A stretch of 64,000 nt of DNA from Acidobacteriota bacterium (GTDB lineage Bacteria; Acidobacteriota; UBA4820; DSQY01), in NCBI GenBank assembly GCA_049967655.1, contig JBMFSH010000006.1, positions 32,001-96,000 on the forward strand, in the 5' to 3' direction. Made by a program: the position numbers and the translations under genes. Positions 18,049 to 26,976 of the stretch are shown piece by piece (positions within the stretch are counted from its first letter, which is position 1; the number at the start of each line of letters is the position of its first letter). The notes beneath the pieces are model-generated. The model was not told the DNA's origin. It saw only the letters and a list, made by a program, of their open reading frames with translations, and ran no database searches.

Positions 18049-19449
18049 CTAGAACTCACTGTGGAGGCGAAGCCCGTACACGGTCACGGGGCCGCGTGAC
18101 GAATTGGCTCCCGGGTTGGCGTACCGCTGCACCTCCAGCGAGAGGGCGAGATGGGGGCAGAACGCCCACGAGTAGTAGGTGTCTACCACCCGCTCGGGGG
18201 CATACGCCAGGCGGCCATCACCGAGCTCGAAGCCGAGTCCTCCCGCGGCGAGATAGGCCCGGTGGCCCCCGCTCAGCCCGTTCACGGCGCAACCCATTCC
18301 TACGTGGTCCGCGGGCCGCCCCCACCGGGTTCCATCAGCGGAAAGCCCCGCCGAGAGCGTTCGGTCCACCTCCGTGAAGGCCCAAGTCTCCGTCTTCCCG
18401 TTGTTCCAGCCGGCCCTCATGAAGAGGCCGGCGTGGTCGCTGATGGCCTGTTCAAAGTTGAGCCCGAGCCCCCACTTCGTGCGCCCAGCCTCCCGTGTGG
18501 CCGTGACGTCCGGAGAGGCGGGGTCGCGAAGGAGCGCTTCACGGTAGCTGCCCATGCGGGCGTGGTTATCGTAGACCAGAAAGCGGATGGCCCCATCGCG
18601 CCCGGCCAGCCGTTGCCGGTGCTCCAGTTCGATGGCGTCACCGTGGGCGTGGGAAATCCTGTGGTCCAGACTCATGCCGTTGGCTTCGGCCGGCTCCATG
18701 AAGCTCCCGAGGCGCACGGCCCACCGGTCCCAAGCCAATTCGAGCACGAGGCCCCACGTATACCCGCGGGTATCGGCCGGATAATCCCACGCGGTATTAG
18801 CCCAGAGGCTCCAGTTGTTGAACTGCGTCCTGGGATCGCCGGCGTAGCGGTTCCGGTCGAAGAAGTCGGTCACCGAAAACTTGCCGGCGGTGAGCACGAG
18901 CCGCCGCGACGGGATCCATCCGGCGATCTGGTTCTGATCGTCCTCCACGCTCTCCATCCGCCCTCCCAAGGACCAGTTCTGGCGGAGATAGGCCCGCGCC
19001 ACGTAGCCCTTGAGCGAAGAGGAGGAGACGCGGTAGGTCTCGCCGTTGGGCGGGGAGAGGAGACCGTAGACACCGCTCAGGCCGCTGCCGGCCGTAGCTT
19101 CCAGATCAAGGTACCCATCGGCTCCTTTCCAAAGGCGGTGGCCCGCGAAGAGGGTGGTTGAAAGGGAGCCGCGGGTCTCTTTGCGGCTCTGGAAGCTGTT
19201 GGCCCCTTCGTAGGGTGATGGAAACGCCCCGTGGCCAAGGAGGTTGTAGGTGAGCTGCCAGTGCAGAGAGCCTTCTGCCTGGGCATCGCAGAGACTATTC
19301 AAGACAGCCGCAGAGGGTGGGGGAACACTCTGCGCCCTCAGGGAAGCGGCCGCCAGCAGGAACCCTGCCGCGGCGAGCCACCAGCAATATCGCCGAGGAG
19401 CCTGAACTGCCCTCCTGCCGCACTGATCACGCCTATCCCTTCGAACCAT
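18049..19449 (-). CDS. OprB-family outer-membrane porin (MnoP-like, high-affinity Mn2+ porin type)
   Basis: Signal peptide; GKFSVTDFFDRNRYAGDPRTQF and AWDYPADTRGYTWG motifs; C-terminal LRLHSEF. Confidence 0.8.
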   Translation of the reverse strand: MVRRDRRDQCGRRAVQAPRRYCWWLAAAGFLLAAASLRAQSVPPPSAAVLNSLCDAQAEGSLHWQLTYNLLGHGAFPSPYEGANSFQSRKETRGSLSTTLFAGHRLWKGADGYLDLEATAGSGLSGVYGLLSPPNGETYRVSSSSLKGYVARAYLRQNWSLGGRMESVEDDQNQIAGWIPSRRLVLTAGKFSVTDFFDRNRYAGDPRTQFNNWSLWANTAWDYPADTRGYTWGLVLELAWDRWAVRLGSFMEPAEANGMSLDHRISHAHGDAIELEHRQRLAGRDGAIRFLVYDNHARMGSYREALLRDPASPDVTATREAGRTKWGLGLNFEQAISDHAGLFMRAGWNNGKTETWAFTEVDRTLSAGLSADGTRWGRPADHVGMGCAVNGLSGGHRAYLAAGGLGFELGDGRLAYAPERVVDTYYSWAFCPHLALSLEVQRYANPGANSSRGPVTVYGLRLHSEF

Positions 19450-19479
19450 GACCTCTTCTCCCCATGGTGGCCATCGCTT

Positions 19480-19758
19480 CTATCGGTTATCGGGTGCCGG
19501 CGCGCTCTTTCCGTCACGCATCAACGGCCCCACCTGAAAAACCTTCACTTCTTGGGCCAGGCCCTGACAGCCCTTCTGAAGTGGGCACCTGCTGCACGCA
19601 CTGGTGCATCCTTCGGGGGACGGTGCGAGAAGCCCGCGTCTTTCGAGGTCCGCCAGCATGGCTGCCACCAGTTCCCGGCTTACACCCATGGCCTCGGCCA
19701 AGTCTCCCTCCGTATGAAGTCCGCCTTTCTTAAGAAGATTCAGCAACTGTGTCAGCAC
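19480..19758 (-). CDS. feoC: FeoC-like winged-helix protein with Cys cluster
   Basis: HTH LAEAMGVSRELVAAMLADLERRG + CTSACSRCP..C; GTG start overlaps the feoB stop. Confidence 0.75.
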   Translation of the reverse strand: MLTQLLNLLKKGGLHTEGDLAEAMGVSRELVAAMLADLERRGLLAPSPEGCTSACSRCPLQKGCQGLAQEVKVFQVGPLMRDGKSAPAPDNR

Positions 19759-21812
19759 CAGAGTGCTCCCAGGCGAAACACAACGATCCCCGCCAGAATG
19801 GAGAGAGCTAGCAGCAAGAGAATGCTCACGAACGCCCACCGCCAACCTGCCTCCTGCTTGGTGGCCGCTACGGTGGAAACGCAGGGCAGAAAGGTCATTT
19901 GGACGACCAGAAACGCAAGAGCGGCCTGAGGGGTCATGGCGGAGGCCACGAGATGACCGAGCCCGGCCCGGTCATCCCCGGCAGCAAAGAGGACTCCCAA
20001 GGTCGCCACGGAGTTCTCTTTGGCAATGAAGCTCGTGAGCAGCGACACCAGTAGCCGCCAATCCCCCAGCCCCATCCACCGTCCGAACGGCACGAGCCAG
20101 CGTCCAAAGTCCGCTAGCAGGCTGTGGTTCATACCGGGTCCGGGATAGGCGCTGAGAGCCCAGACCACGGCCGAGACCGCCACGATGACGGTACCAGCCT
20201 TTTTGAGAAACCCTTGGATGTTGTTCCACACGAAGAGGCCGATGGTGCGAAGGTTCGGGGCGTGGTAAAGAGGCATTTCCATGATGAAGGCGCCGCGATG
20301 GCCCTTGAAGGCGAACCGGTTGAGGAGGACACCCAAAAAGACGAGCAGAAGCAAGTTTCCCGCCACGAGAGCCGTCATCACCCATGCCGCCGTTCGGGGG
20401 AAGAACACGGGGGCCAGGAAGGCCACCACCGAAAGCCGGGCTGTGCAGGGCACGAGGGGCACCAGGAGCAGGGTCAAGAGCCGGGAGCGGCGGTCCTCGA
20501 TGATTCGGGTTCCCAGGACCGCGGGAATGTTGCAGCCGAAGCCGAGGAAGAGGGGCATGAAAGACTTTCCGTGGAGCCCAAGGCGATGCATGAAACGGTC
20601 CATGACGTAGGCCATGCGGGCCATGTACCCAACATCCTCCAGGAAGCCGAGAAGAGCGAAGAATACGAGTAGGATGGGCAGGAAGGTGATGACCATCCCG
20701 GCACCGCCAATGAGCCCGTCTGTGACGAACCCAGAAAGCCACCGGGGAGCGCTCAACAGGAGCCCTCCCACCCACGGTGCCAACGTCCCCAGCATCCAGT
20801 GATCCAGCAAGTTGACCATGGGAGTGGCGATGGTGTAGGTCAGCCAGAAGGTGGCGGCGAGAATGGAAAACAGGATCCCCACGCCCCACAGGGGATGGGT
20901 GGCGAAGCGGTCGATGCGGTCCGTTATGGTAATGACGCCGGCCTTCGGGCGGGTGAGAGCAGCCCTAGCCATGCGGGCAATCCACTCGTAGCGGCCACCC
21001 GCAATATCAATGTAGGCATCCTCGTGGGCCATGAGGAGGGGGTGGATGCGCTGCCAAGCCCCGGGGGCCTTTTCTTGAACCATCCGGCTCAGCTCCGCAT
21101 CGCCCTCCAAGACTTTCATGGCCACGTAAGCGGGGGAATAAGGATCGGGAAGCTGGCCCTCGAGGGCCTCCTCGATGGCTTTCAGGATGGGACGATGGGC
21201 CTCTCGAATGGAGGGCATCTGCGGCGCAAACCGGTCTGGGTGGCGCGCCAACTCCAGGGCCACGGCAAGAAGCTCCAAGAGCCCTTCGTTCTTGGATGCC
21301 ACCAAGGGAATAACGGGCAGATGCAGGGCTGCCGACAGGACATTCGGCTCCACCTTGATCCCCTGGGCTTCGGCCACATCGAGCATGTTGAGCCCCACCA
21401 CGATGGGCCTGTCCAGGAGCAGCAGCTCGGCCACAAGGTAGAGGTTTCGCTCCAGCGCTGAGGCGTTCAGAAGCGCCACGACCACATCGGGTCGCTCCTT
21501 CAGGATGTAGTCCCGGGCTATTCGCTCTTCCTCCGAGTTAGCCGTGAGGCTGTAGGTACCGGGCAGATCTACAAGGCGGATGCGTTCTCCCTGAAAAGAA
21601 CATTCGCCCGTCTTCTGTTCCACCGTCTTGCCGGGCCAGTTCCCCACGTGCTGGCTCAGCCCCGTCAAGCGGTTGAAGACGGTCGACTTGCCTACGTTGG
21701 GCTGACCCGCCAGCGCAAGGGTGACGGCCGGTTTCGCGGCCGGCCCTCTCTCGGCTCCTCGAGCCGCTTGCCGGCCGCCGCTCGGCCGCTCGCCTCCGCA
21801 ATGGCCCTGCAT
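19752..21812 (-). CDS. feoB: Ferrous iron transporter B
   Basis: GQPNVGKS, VGNWPGKT, DLPG, NMLD, GFGCNIPA, PCTARL and FIMEMPLY motifs. Confidence 0.96.
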   Translation of the reverse strand: MQGHCGGERPSGGRQAARGAERGPAAKPAVTLALAGQPNVGKSTVFNRLTGLSQHVGNWPGKTVEQKTGECSFQGERIRLVDLPGTYSLTANSEEERIARDYILKERPDVVVALLNASALERNLYLVAELLLLDRPIVVGLNMLDVAEAQGIKVEPNVLSAALHLPVIPLVASKNEGLLELLAVALELARHPDRFAPQMPSIREAHRPILKAIEEALEGQLPDPYSPAYVAMKVLEGDAELSRMVQEKAPGAWQRIHPLLMAHEDAYIDIAGGRYEWIARMARAALTRPKAGVITITDRIDRFATHPLWGVGILFSILAATFWLTYTIATPMVNLLDHWMLGTLAPWVGGLLLSAPRWLSGFVTDGLIGGAGMVITFLPILLVFFALLGFLEDVGYMARMAYVMDRFMHRLGLHGKSFMPLFLGFGCNIPAVLGTRIIEDRRSRLLTLLLVPLVPCTARLSVVAFLAPVFFPRTAAWVMTALVAGNLLLLVFLGVLLNRFAFKGHRGAFIMEMPLYHAPNLRTIGLFVWNNIQGFLKKAGTVIVAVSAVVWALSAYPGPGMNHSLLADFGRWLVPFGRWMGLGDWRLLVSLLTSFIAKENSVATLGVLFAAGDDRAGLGHLVASAMTPQAALAFLVVQMTFLPCVSTVAATKQEAGWRWAFVSILLLLALSILAGIVVFRLGALWC

Positions 21813-22048
21813 CAGGCCTCCCTGGGCTCCACGAGGACCTTGACCGCCTGGCCGCGCCCCAGAGCGATGCGGGTGTCCCGCACAGAGACGATGAGCGGCC
21901 CCCGCCCGTAGTTCTGCAAGACCTCGACCATCGCTCCCACCGTGAGCCCAAGTCCTGCCAGTTTTTGGGTAAGGCCCCTCCCCCCTAAAAGGCGCTGGAC
22001 CGTACCTCTGGACCCCGGTGGGAAGGCGGTCAAAGGCCGCGTGTTCAT
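21812..22048 (-). CDS. feoA: Ferrous iron transport protein A
   Basis: KLAGLGLTVGA..GPLIVSVRDTRIALGRGQA; coupled to both neighbours. Confidence 0.9.
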   Translation of the reverse strand: MNTRPLTAFPPGSRGTVQRLLGGRGLTQKLAGLGLTVGAMVEVLQNYGRGPLIVSVRDTRIALGRGQAVKVLVEPREA

Positions 22049-22608
22049 GGGGCTTCCTTTCCATGGATCATGGTTCTCTTGCTGCGGGTGCTTACAACAG
22101 TTCGGCCGGCATCGGCCGCCACGGCGGGCACCGCGCACGTTTCGCACTCGGGGTACTGCCCTCGATGGGGGCAGGCGAAACCGGTTCCGGCGACCCAGAG
22201 AGGGGCGCCGCGTGGGCAGCGGCCCAGATAGTCGGCGAAGGCGCAAAAGCGCTCGATGACCGTCGCCGACAGAACGTGTTCCATTCGGCAGGCGGCCGCC
22301 TCGGCGCTCTCCTCACCCAGGAGCAGGACTGCCGTCAGGAATCGCTTGAGAACACGGTGGCGGCGCGCCACCTCTCCCGCGATCCGCTTGCCCGAGGGGG
22401 TCAGCGTCACCGTTCCGTATGGCTTGTAACAGACTAGGCGTTTCTCCTTCAGGATGCGCAGAGCCCCGGTGACCGATGGCTTGGATACCGAGAGCCGGCT
22501 GGAAATATGGCTGACGCGTGCCATTCCCGTTTCTCGCTCCAAGGCCAGGATCGCCTCCAGGTAATCTTCCAGGCTTTCTCCAAGTCCCAGCCCTGTCCTC
22601 TCGGTCAT
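22045..22608 (-). CDS. DtxR/MntR-family metal-dependent repressor
   Basis: SLEDYLEAI, VSKPSVT, RRHRVLKRFL and ACRMEHVLS motifs; Cys-rich tail. Confidence 0.92.
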   Translation of the reverse strand: MTERTGLGLGESLEDYLEAILALERETGMARVSHISSRLSVSKPSVTGALRILKEKRLVCYKPYGTVTLTPSGKRIAGEVARRHRVLKRFLTAVLLLGEESAEAAACRMEHVLSATVIERFCAFADYLGRCPRGAPLWVAGTGFACPHRGQYPECETCAVPAVAADAGRTVVSTRSKRTMIHGKEAP

Positions 22609-22633
22609 GGCCGCCTCCTTGTTCAGGTATCCT

Positions 22634-22662
22634 AATATAGTTAGGAGATACTAACTCGTCAA
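22634..22662 (-). promoter_or_regulatory. Promoter TTGACG-17-TATATT with DtxR-type palindrome AGTTAG-N6-CTAACT (22639-22656) in the spacer
   Basis: Read directly; TTAG..CTAA core as in DtxR/MntR operators. Confidence 0.7.
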
Positions 22663-22772
22663 GTGCGATGAGCCGGAGGAACGGCACGGGGCGAGTGTAG
22701 GGAACTCCTCCGGGACCACCTGGGGCTGTGGCGCGCTGCATCAAGCAAGGAGATAAGGAGGTAATTCAGGCC

Positions 22773-22809
22773 CGCTCATTGGGTGCGCTCATTGGGTCGC
22801 TCATTGGGT
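22773..22809 (+). repeat. Three tandem copies of CGCTCATTGGGT
   Basis: 22773-22784, 22786-22797, 22798-22809. Confidence 0.9.
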
Positions 22810-22813
22810 GCGT

Positions 22814-22873
22814 TTGCTTTCCTTCGCGGCGGACACTATAATAATGATGATAGCGATAATGATAATTGTTACC
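22814..22873 (+). promoter_or_regulatory. Promoter TTGCTT-17-TATAAT followed by a Fur-type box GATAATGATAATTGTTACC (22855-22873)
   Basis: 16/19 match to GATAATGATAATCATTATC; upstream of the Fur-family gene. Confidence 0.75.
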
Positions 22874-22890
22874 ATCATTGCGAGACCTTG

Positions 22891-23343
22891 ATGAGGTTCC
22901 CATCGGTGCCGAGGCCTTTTCAATACCGAGATTCCATCTTGGCCCTTTTGAAGGACAACCCGATCCACCCCACCGTGGACTGGATCCACGCTCAGCTCCG
23001 GCGGGGCCACCCGAGGGTGAGTCTGGCCACAGTGTACCGAACTCTCAAGACCCTCGTGGCGGATGGCACGCTGTGCGAGCTGCCCTTTGGGACAAGTGAG
23101 AGCCGGTTCGGGTTAACGCTAGAGCAGAAGCACTACCACTTCATCTGCGAACAATGCCACAAGATCTACGATCTTCCGACGCGCCCCAGAATGACTCTTG
23201 AACAATCCGTTCAGGCGGAGACGGGCCACCAGGTCCGCCGGCACACCATTGAATTTTACGGTATGTGCCGGGAGTGCGCCGAGGAACCAGCCTCGGTACC
23301 CTCCTCGCAAAGTACGCCGAAGCGAAAGGAGAAGACCCAATGA
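22891..23343 (+). CDS. Fur/PerR-family regulator
   Basis: HPT, VSLATVYRTL, HYHFICEQC and FYGMCREC motifs. Confidence 0.9.
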   Translation: MRFPSVPRPFQYRDSILALLKDNPIHPTVDWIHAQLRRGHPRVSLATVYRTLKTLVADGTLCELPFGTSESRFGLTLEQKHYHFICEQCHKIYDLPTRPRMTLEQSVQAETGHQVRRHTIEFYGMCRECAEEPASVPSSQSTPKRKEKTQ

Positions 23344-23762
23344 AACTCACCAAGAAGGCTCTGCTTAAGGAATTGAACAAGGACTTGGAATGGGAATACG
23401 CCGCCGCCATCCAGTACGTCCAGCACGCGGCCCTCATCACCGGCCCCGAGTACGAAAGCATCACGAAGGAAATCCTTGTCCACAGTCAGGAGGAGATGCA
23501 ACACGCCGTCTCCCTGTCTGATCAGATCGCGTTCCTGGGAGGAATTCCAACGGTGGATGTGGAGCGCCGGGATGTCTCCTCCGACAGCAAAAAGATGCTC
23601 GAACAGGACCTTTGGGGAGAGGATAACGCCATCACTCGCTACAAGGAGCGGATCGGGCAAGCCGAAGCCCTCAAAGAGTACGGTTTGAGGCGGGCTCTCG
23701 AGGACATTCTCCTCATGGAAGAGGAGCACAAGCGCGATCTGCTCACCGTATTGCGCAAATAA
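23340..23762 (+). CDS. Ferritin-like (bacterioferritin/DPS-like) protein
   Basis: EY.AAIQY, EEMQHA, E..AI.RY and EEEH di-iron motifs. Confidence 0.88.
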   Translation: MKLTKKALLKELNKDLEWEYAAAIQYVQHAALITGPEYESITKEILVHSQEEMQHAVSLSDQIAFLGGIPTVDVERRDVSSDSKKMLEQDLWGEDNAITRYKERIGQAEALKEYGLRRALEDILLMEEEHKRDLLTVLRK

Positions 23763-23938
23763 CAGCGGTTGCCACGTGCAAGAGAGCCACTCATGCGGCA
23801 GCAGAGCTGACGTGAGGAAGGTGAAACGCCCTACGGAGATTGTCCCCGCAACGTTATGTCGCGGCATGCGTTTCGTCCCTTCCCTCCACCCTCCACGCTT
23901 CGCTCTCCTCGCGAAAATGGCCATTCCGATTTCCCGAT

Positions 23939-24110
23939 GGCTTGGAGACGGGCGCCAGGCGCGGTGAGATCCTGGGGCTCCGCTGGGCGGACGTGGAACC
24001 CGCCAGCAGGGTAGCCGCCCTCGACGGAACCCTGGCCAAGGCCCAGAGAACCCGCCACATCTTCCTGAACGAGAGCGTCGTCGCGGTCCTGGACACCCTC
24101 AAGTCGCGGA
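23939..24110 (+). pseudogene. Tyrosine recombinase/integrase remnant
   Basis: LETGARRGEILGLRWADV...K..RTRHIFLN (box I region); no N-terminus and no HxxR/Tyr; about 80 bp from the tRNA 3' end. Confidence 0.8.
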
Positions 24111-24190
24111 AAAGTTGCAATGCGAAAGCGGCCCCTTGCGAGGCCGCCTCTGAAGCTTCTTCTAACTCTATGGAAATTAAGGGATAATTC

Positions 24191-24267
24191 TGGTCGGGAC
24201 GACTGGATTTGAACCAGCGACCCCTTGCACCCCAAGCAAGTGCGCTACCAGGCTGCGCCACGTCCCG
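24191..24267 (-). tRNA. tRNA-Pro (GGG)
   Basis: CGGGACGTGGCGCAGCCTGGTAGCGCACTTGCTTGGGGTGCAAGGGGTCGCTGGTTCAAATCCAGTCGTCCCGACCA; cloverleaf with encoded CCA. Confidence 0.97.
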
Positions 24268-24326
24268 ACCGGCCGACTCGGGGCCGAAGCTCCAAACCGG
24301 CACGGGATTTATACCACGGGGGCGCG

Positions 24327-24734
24327 TCACCTGTCAAAAGGGGAAGGGCGGCTCAACAAGGAGCTCAGCCGGGAGAGCCCCTCCCGAAGCCGGCCCAGCA
24401 CCTCTCCCGGCTCGCGCTGCTGAAGGGCCTCTCCCCTGACCTTGCGGGTCGACGAGAGAAAGTCCCGCGCTCCGCGGAGCGTGAACTTCTTCTCGTAGAG
24501 AAGCTCCTTGATCTGCAGAACGGCCTCGATGTCCCGCCTCCTGTAGAGCCGATGTCCCGATTGGGTCTTGTTGGGGCTCAACTGGGGGAACTGCTTCTCC
24601 CAGAACCTCAGGACGTGTGAGGGAACGCCGGTAATGTCGCAGACCTCGCCGATCTTGTAGTAGAGCTTCTGCGGGACCTGCTCCAAGGAGAAACGGGGCC
24701 CGGCCTCGCTTCTTTTTCTGGCCGCATTTTTCAT
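24327..24734 (-). CDS. MerR-family HTH regulator
   Basis: KLYYKIGEV..HVLRFWEKQFPQLSP.K..GHRLY; typical IHF-MerR-tRNA-Pro synteny. Confidence 0.9.
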   Translation of the reverse strand: MKNAARKRSEAGPRFSLEQVPQKLYYKIGEVCDITGVPSHVLRFWEKQFPQLSPNKTQSGHRLYRRRDIEAVLQIKELLYEKKFTLRGARDFLSSTRKVRGEALQQREPGEVLGRLREGLSRLSSLLSRPSPFDR

Positions 24735-25009
24735 GGATTCTTTCCGCCTGGCCACTTTCGCGACGGCACGAAGACGACGGTCTTGCGCGAGGGTATTCGC
24801 ACCGGGGTCCCCTTTCCCATGTCCCGCCCCATCCGCGCCTTCCTCTCGACCACCTTGAAGGTGCCGAAACCCGAAATGACCAGCCTCCCCGTTTCCGAGA
24901 GCCCGGAGGTCATCCCCTGAATGACCTCTTCGACCAGCACTTGGGCCGCCTGGTAGGTGATGCCGCCATGGGCCATGTAGACCCGCCTGGCCAGTTCCGC
25001 GCGCGTCAT
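24731..25009 (-). CDS. HU/IHF-family DNA-binding protein
   Basis: MTRAEL, ISGFGTFKV, RKARMGR and VVFVPS motifs. Confidence 0.9.
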   Translation of the reverse strand: MTRAELARRVYMAHGGITYQAAQVLVEEVIQGMTSGLSETGRLVISGFGTFKVVERKARMGRDMGKGTPVRIPSRKTVVFVPSRKWPGGKNP

Positions 25010-25156
25010 AACGCCTCCCTTGTGCAGATTATATACCACAACCCCCTCACTTTCAATGAAAAAGGCTTCGCCGCCACGGGGCGCAAGCAAAGTGGTCGCA
25101 GTAGCCGTGAACAGAGAATCCAGCCACTGGTAACGGGCGGCTCCATCGAGGATGAA

Positions 25157-25945
25157 TCACATTGGAACGGTGTGATTGAGCGGTCCTTTTCCCTTGCCAA
25201 TCTGGAAGGGGTGCTGCATGGCCTTGGCGAGGTACTTCTTCGCGCGATCAATCGCCTCGCCCATCACGATCCCGCGCGTGAGCAGAGCACAGATCACGGC
25301 GGAGAAGGTCGTGCCCAGGCCCAGGGTGTTTCTGGACGGCAGGCGGACCGCGTCGAAGATGTGATCGTTGGTCCCGTCGTACCAGAGATCCATGGCCCTG
25401 GGTCCTTCGAAGCCACCTCCCGTGATGATCACGTGCCTTGCTCCCTTGCCGTGAAGAAGGCGGGCGGCCTCCTTGGCGGAAGGGACGTCCCTTACGGAAA
25501 TTCCGGAGAGGATTTCGGCCTCGCGGCGGTTCGGCGTCAAAACGTGCGCAAGGGGCAGGACCTTCTCGATCAACAGCGGCACCCCCGACGGTTCCAGCAG
25601 GGGCTCGCCGGTGGCTGCGTACAAGACGGGATCCACCACGATCAAGCCCTTCAGCCCGAATGCTTCCAGCAAACTCGCCACGATCTGCACGTTGGCCGCC
25701 GTGGCCAGCACGCCCACTTTCACGGCCTGCACGGAGATATCGCTCACGACCGCTTCGATCTGCTGGCCGACGATCTCCATCGGCACCGGGTGCAGAGCCT
25801 GGATACCCAGCGTGTTCTGGGCGGCTATGGCGGTGACGACGGCCGTCCCGTAGACCCGGAAGGCTTGAAAGGTCTTGAGGTCTGCCGGGACGCCCGTGGC
25901 CCCAGAGGCATCGAAAGCCGAGATGCTGAGCACGGTCTTGTTCAT
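25157..25945 (-). CDS. thiD: Hydroxymethylpyrimidine/phosphomethylpyrimidine kinase
   Basis: ADLKTF, AQNT, VVDPV, TPNRREA and GPLNH motifs. Confidence 0.88.
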   Translation of the reverse strand: MNKTVLSISAFDASGATGVPADLKTFQAFRVYGTAVVTAIAAQNTLGIQALHPVPMEIVGQQIEAVVSDISVQAVKVGVLATAANVQIVASLLEAFGLKGLIVVDPVLYAATGEPLLEPSGVPLLIEKVLPLAHVLTPNRREAEILSGISVRDVPSAKEAARLLHGKGARHVIITGGGFEGPRAMDLWYDGTNDHIFDAVRLPSRNTLGLGTTFSAVICALLTRGIVMGEAIDRAKKYLAKAMQHPFQIGKGKGPLNHTVPM

Positions 25946-26079
25946 TGCCCCTCTTCCTCCTGCCAGGCGGGGAGATTATATACCCTGCACCGGGGGGGGT
26001 AAAATGCCCTCCCTCGTGGGGAAGGCTCGTTTAGTCTGGGGCCAGCCATGAGCCCCGCCCTTCCCCGGGTGGAGGGGTC

Positions 26080-26109
26080 TTGACAGGGGGGGGGCGGCGG
26101 GTGTAGAGT
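26080..26109 (+). promoter_or_regulatory. Promoter TTGACA-18-TAGAGT with a G9 tract in the spacer
   Basis: TTGACA GGGGGGGGG CGGCGGGTG TAGAGT upstream of the lipoprotein gene. Confidence 0.6.
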
Positions 26110-26289
26110 TCATGGCCGTGAGAATCCCCCGAACATACGGGGGGGCAGGGTGTGAGAACTTATGTTCTTGTGCGCTCCCGAGGTCGACCCAGAGAATCCA
26201 GCCCCCCGGCGCGAAATGAGCCTACAAGTTTCGGCATAAGATGGCTTATGCCGGTAGTCCGGTTTTTGCTTGGAAAGGAGAGAAGGAAA

Positions 26290-26916
26290 ATGAGAAAGCT
26301 CACCGCTAGCCTCCTGGTTCTGGCCCTTGCTGCGCTGGTTGCCTGCGCCAAGCCGCCGCAGCAGCAGATCGACGCCGCCAAGGCCGCCCTCCAGGCCGCC
26401 AAGGCCGCCCAGGCCGACGTTTACGCCCCCGACGCCCTCAAGGCCGCCGAGGACAAGGCTGCCGCCCTGGACACTGAACTCGCCGCTCAGCAGAGCAAGT
26501 TCTTCAAGAGCTACAAGGTGGCCACCCAGCTGACCACCGAGTTGCAGCAGCTGGCCGACACGGCCAAGCAGGACGCCATCGCCGGCAAGGCGAAGGCCAA
26601 GGCCGATGCTGAAGCTTCCATCACCGCCGCCGACGCTTCCGTCACCGCCGCACGCGAAGCCCTGAAGACCGCCCCCAAGGGCAAGGGCTCCAAGGCTGAT
26701 CTTGAAGCCATGACCAAGGACGTCGACGATGCCGCCGCGGCCATCGAGACCGCCAAGTCCGACGCCACCGCCGAGAAGTACATGGAAGCCAAGACCACGG
26801 CCGACAGCGCCAAGGCTAAGGCCGACAACGTCGTCCAGCAGGTCGAGCAGGCCAAGGCACTGAAAAAGAGCAGCATCCCTGCTCACAAGGCCCCGGCCCA
26901 CAAGGGAAAGAAGTAA
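26290..26916 (+). CDS. Ala/Lys-rich coiled-coil lipoprotein (DUF4398-like)
   Basis: Lipobox LVAC; helical heptads; strongly biased codons; ends ...PAHKGKK. Confidence 0.8.
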   Translation: MRKLTASLLVLALAALVACAKPPQQQIDAAKAALQAAKAAQADVYAPDALKAAEDKAAALDTELAAQQSKFFKSYKVATQLTTELQQLADTAKQDAIAGKAKAKADAEASITAADASVTAAREALKTAPKGKGSKADLEAMTKDVDDAAAAIETAKSDATAEKYMEAKTTADSAKAKADNVVQQVEQAKALKKSSIPAHKAPAHKGKK

Positions 26917-26932
26917 CCGTTTTCCCGCGAAG

Positions 26933-26965
26933 AAAAAGGGGGCGGCGTTGCCGCCCCCTTTTTTT
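26933..26965 (+). terminator. Rho-independent terminator
   Basis: AAAAAGGGGGCGGC-GTT-GCCGCCCCCTTTTTTT. Confidence 0.9.
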
Positions 26966-26976
26966 GGGGATCTGGT

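Noticed and set aside
22773..22809. CRISPR array
   Set aside because: 12-bp units with no spacers and no cas genes.
25946..26080. TPP riboswitch upstream of thiD
   Set aside because: No TGAGA/CCC..GATAATGC core found, and the promoter lies too close to the start codon.
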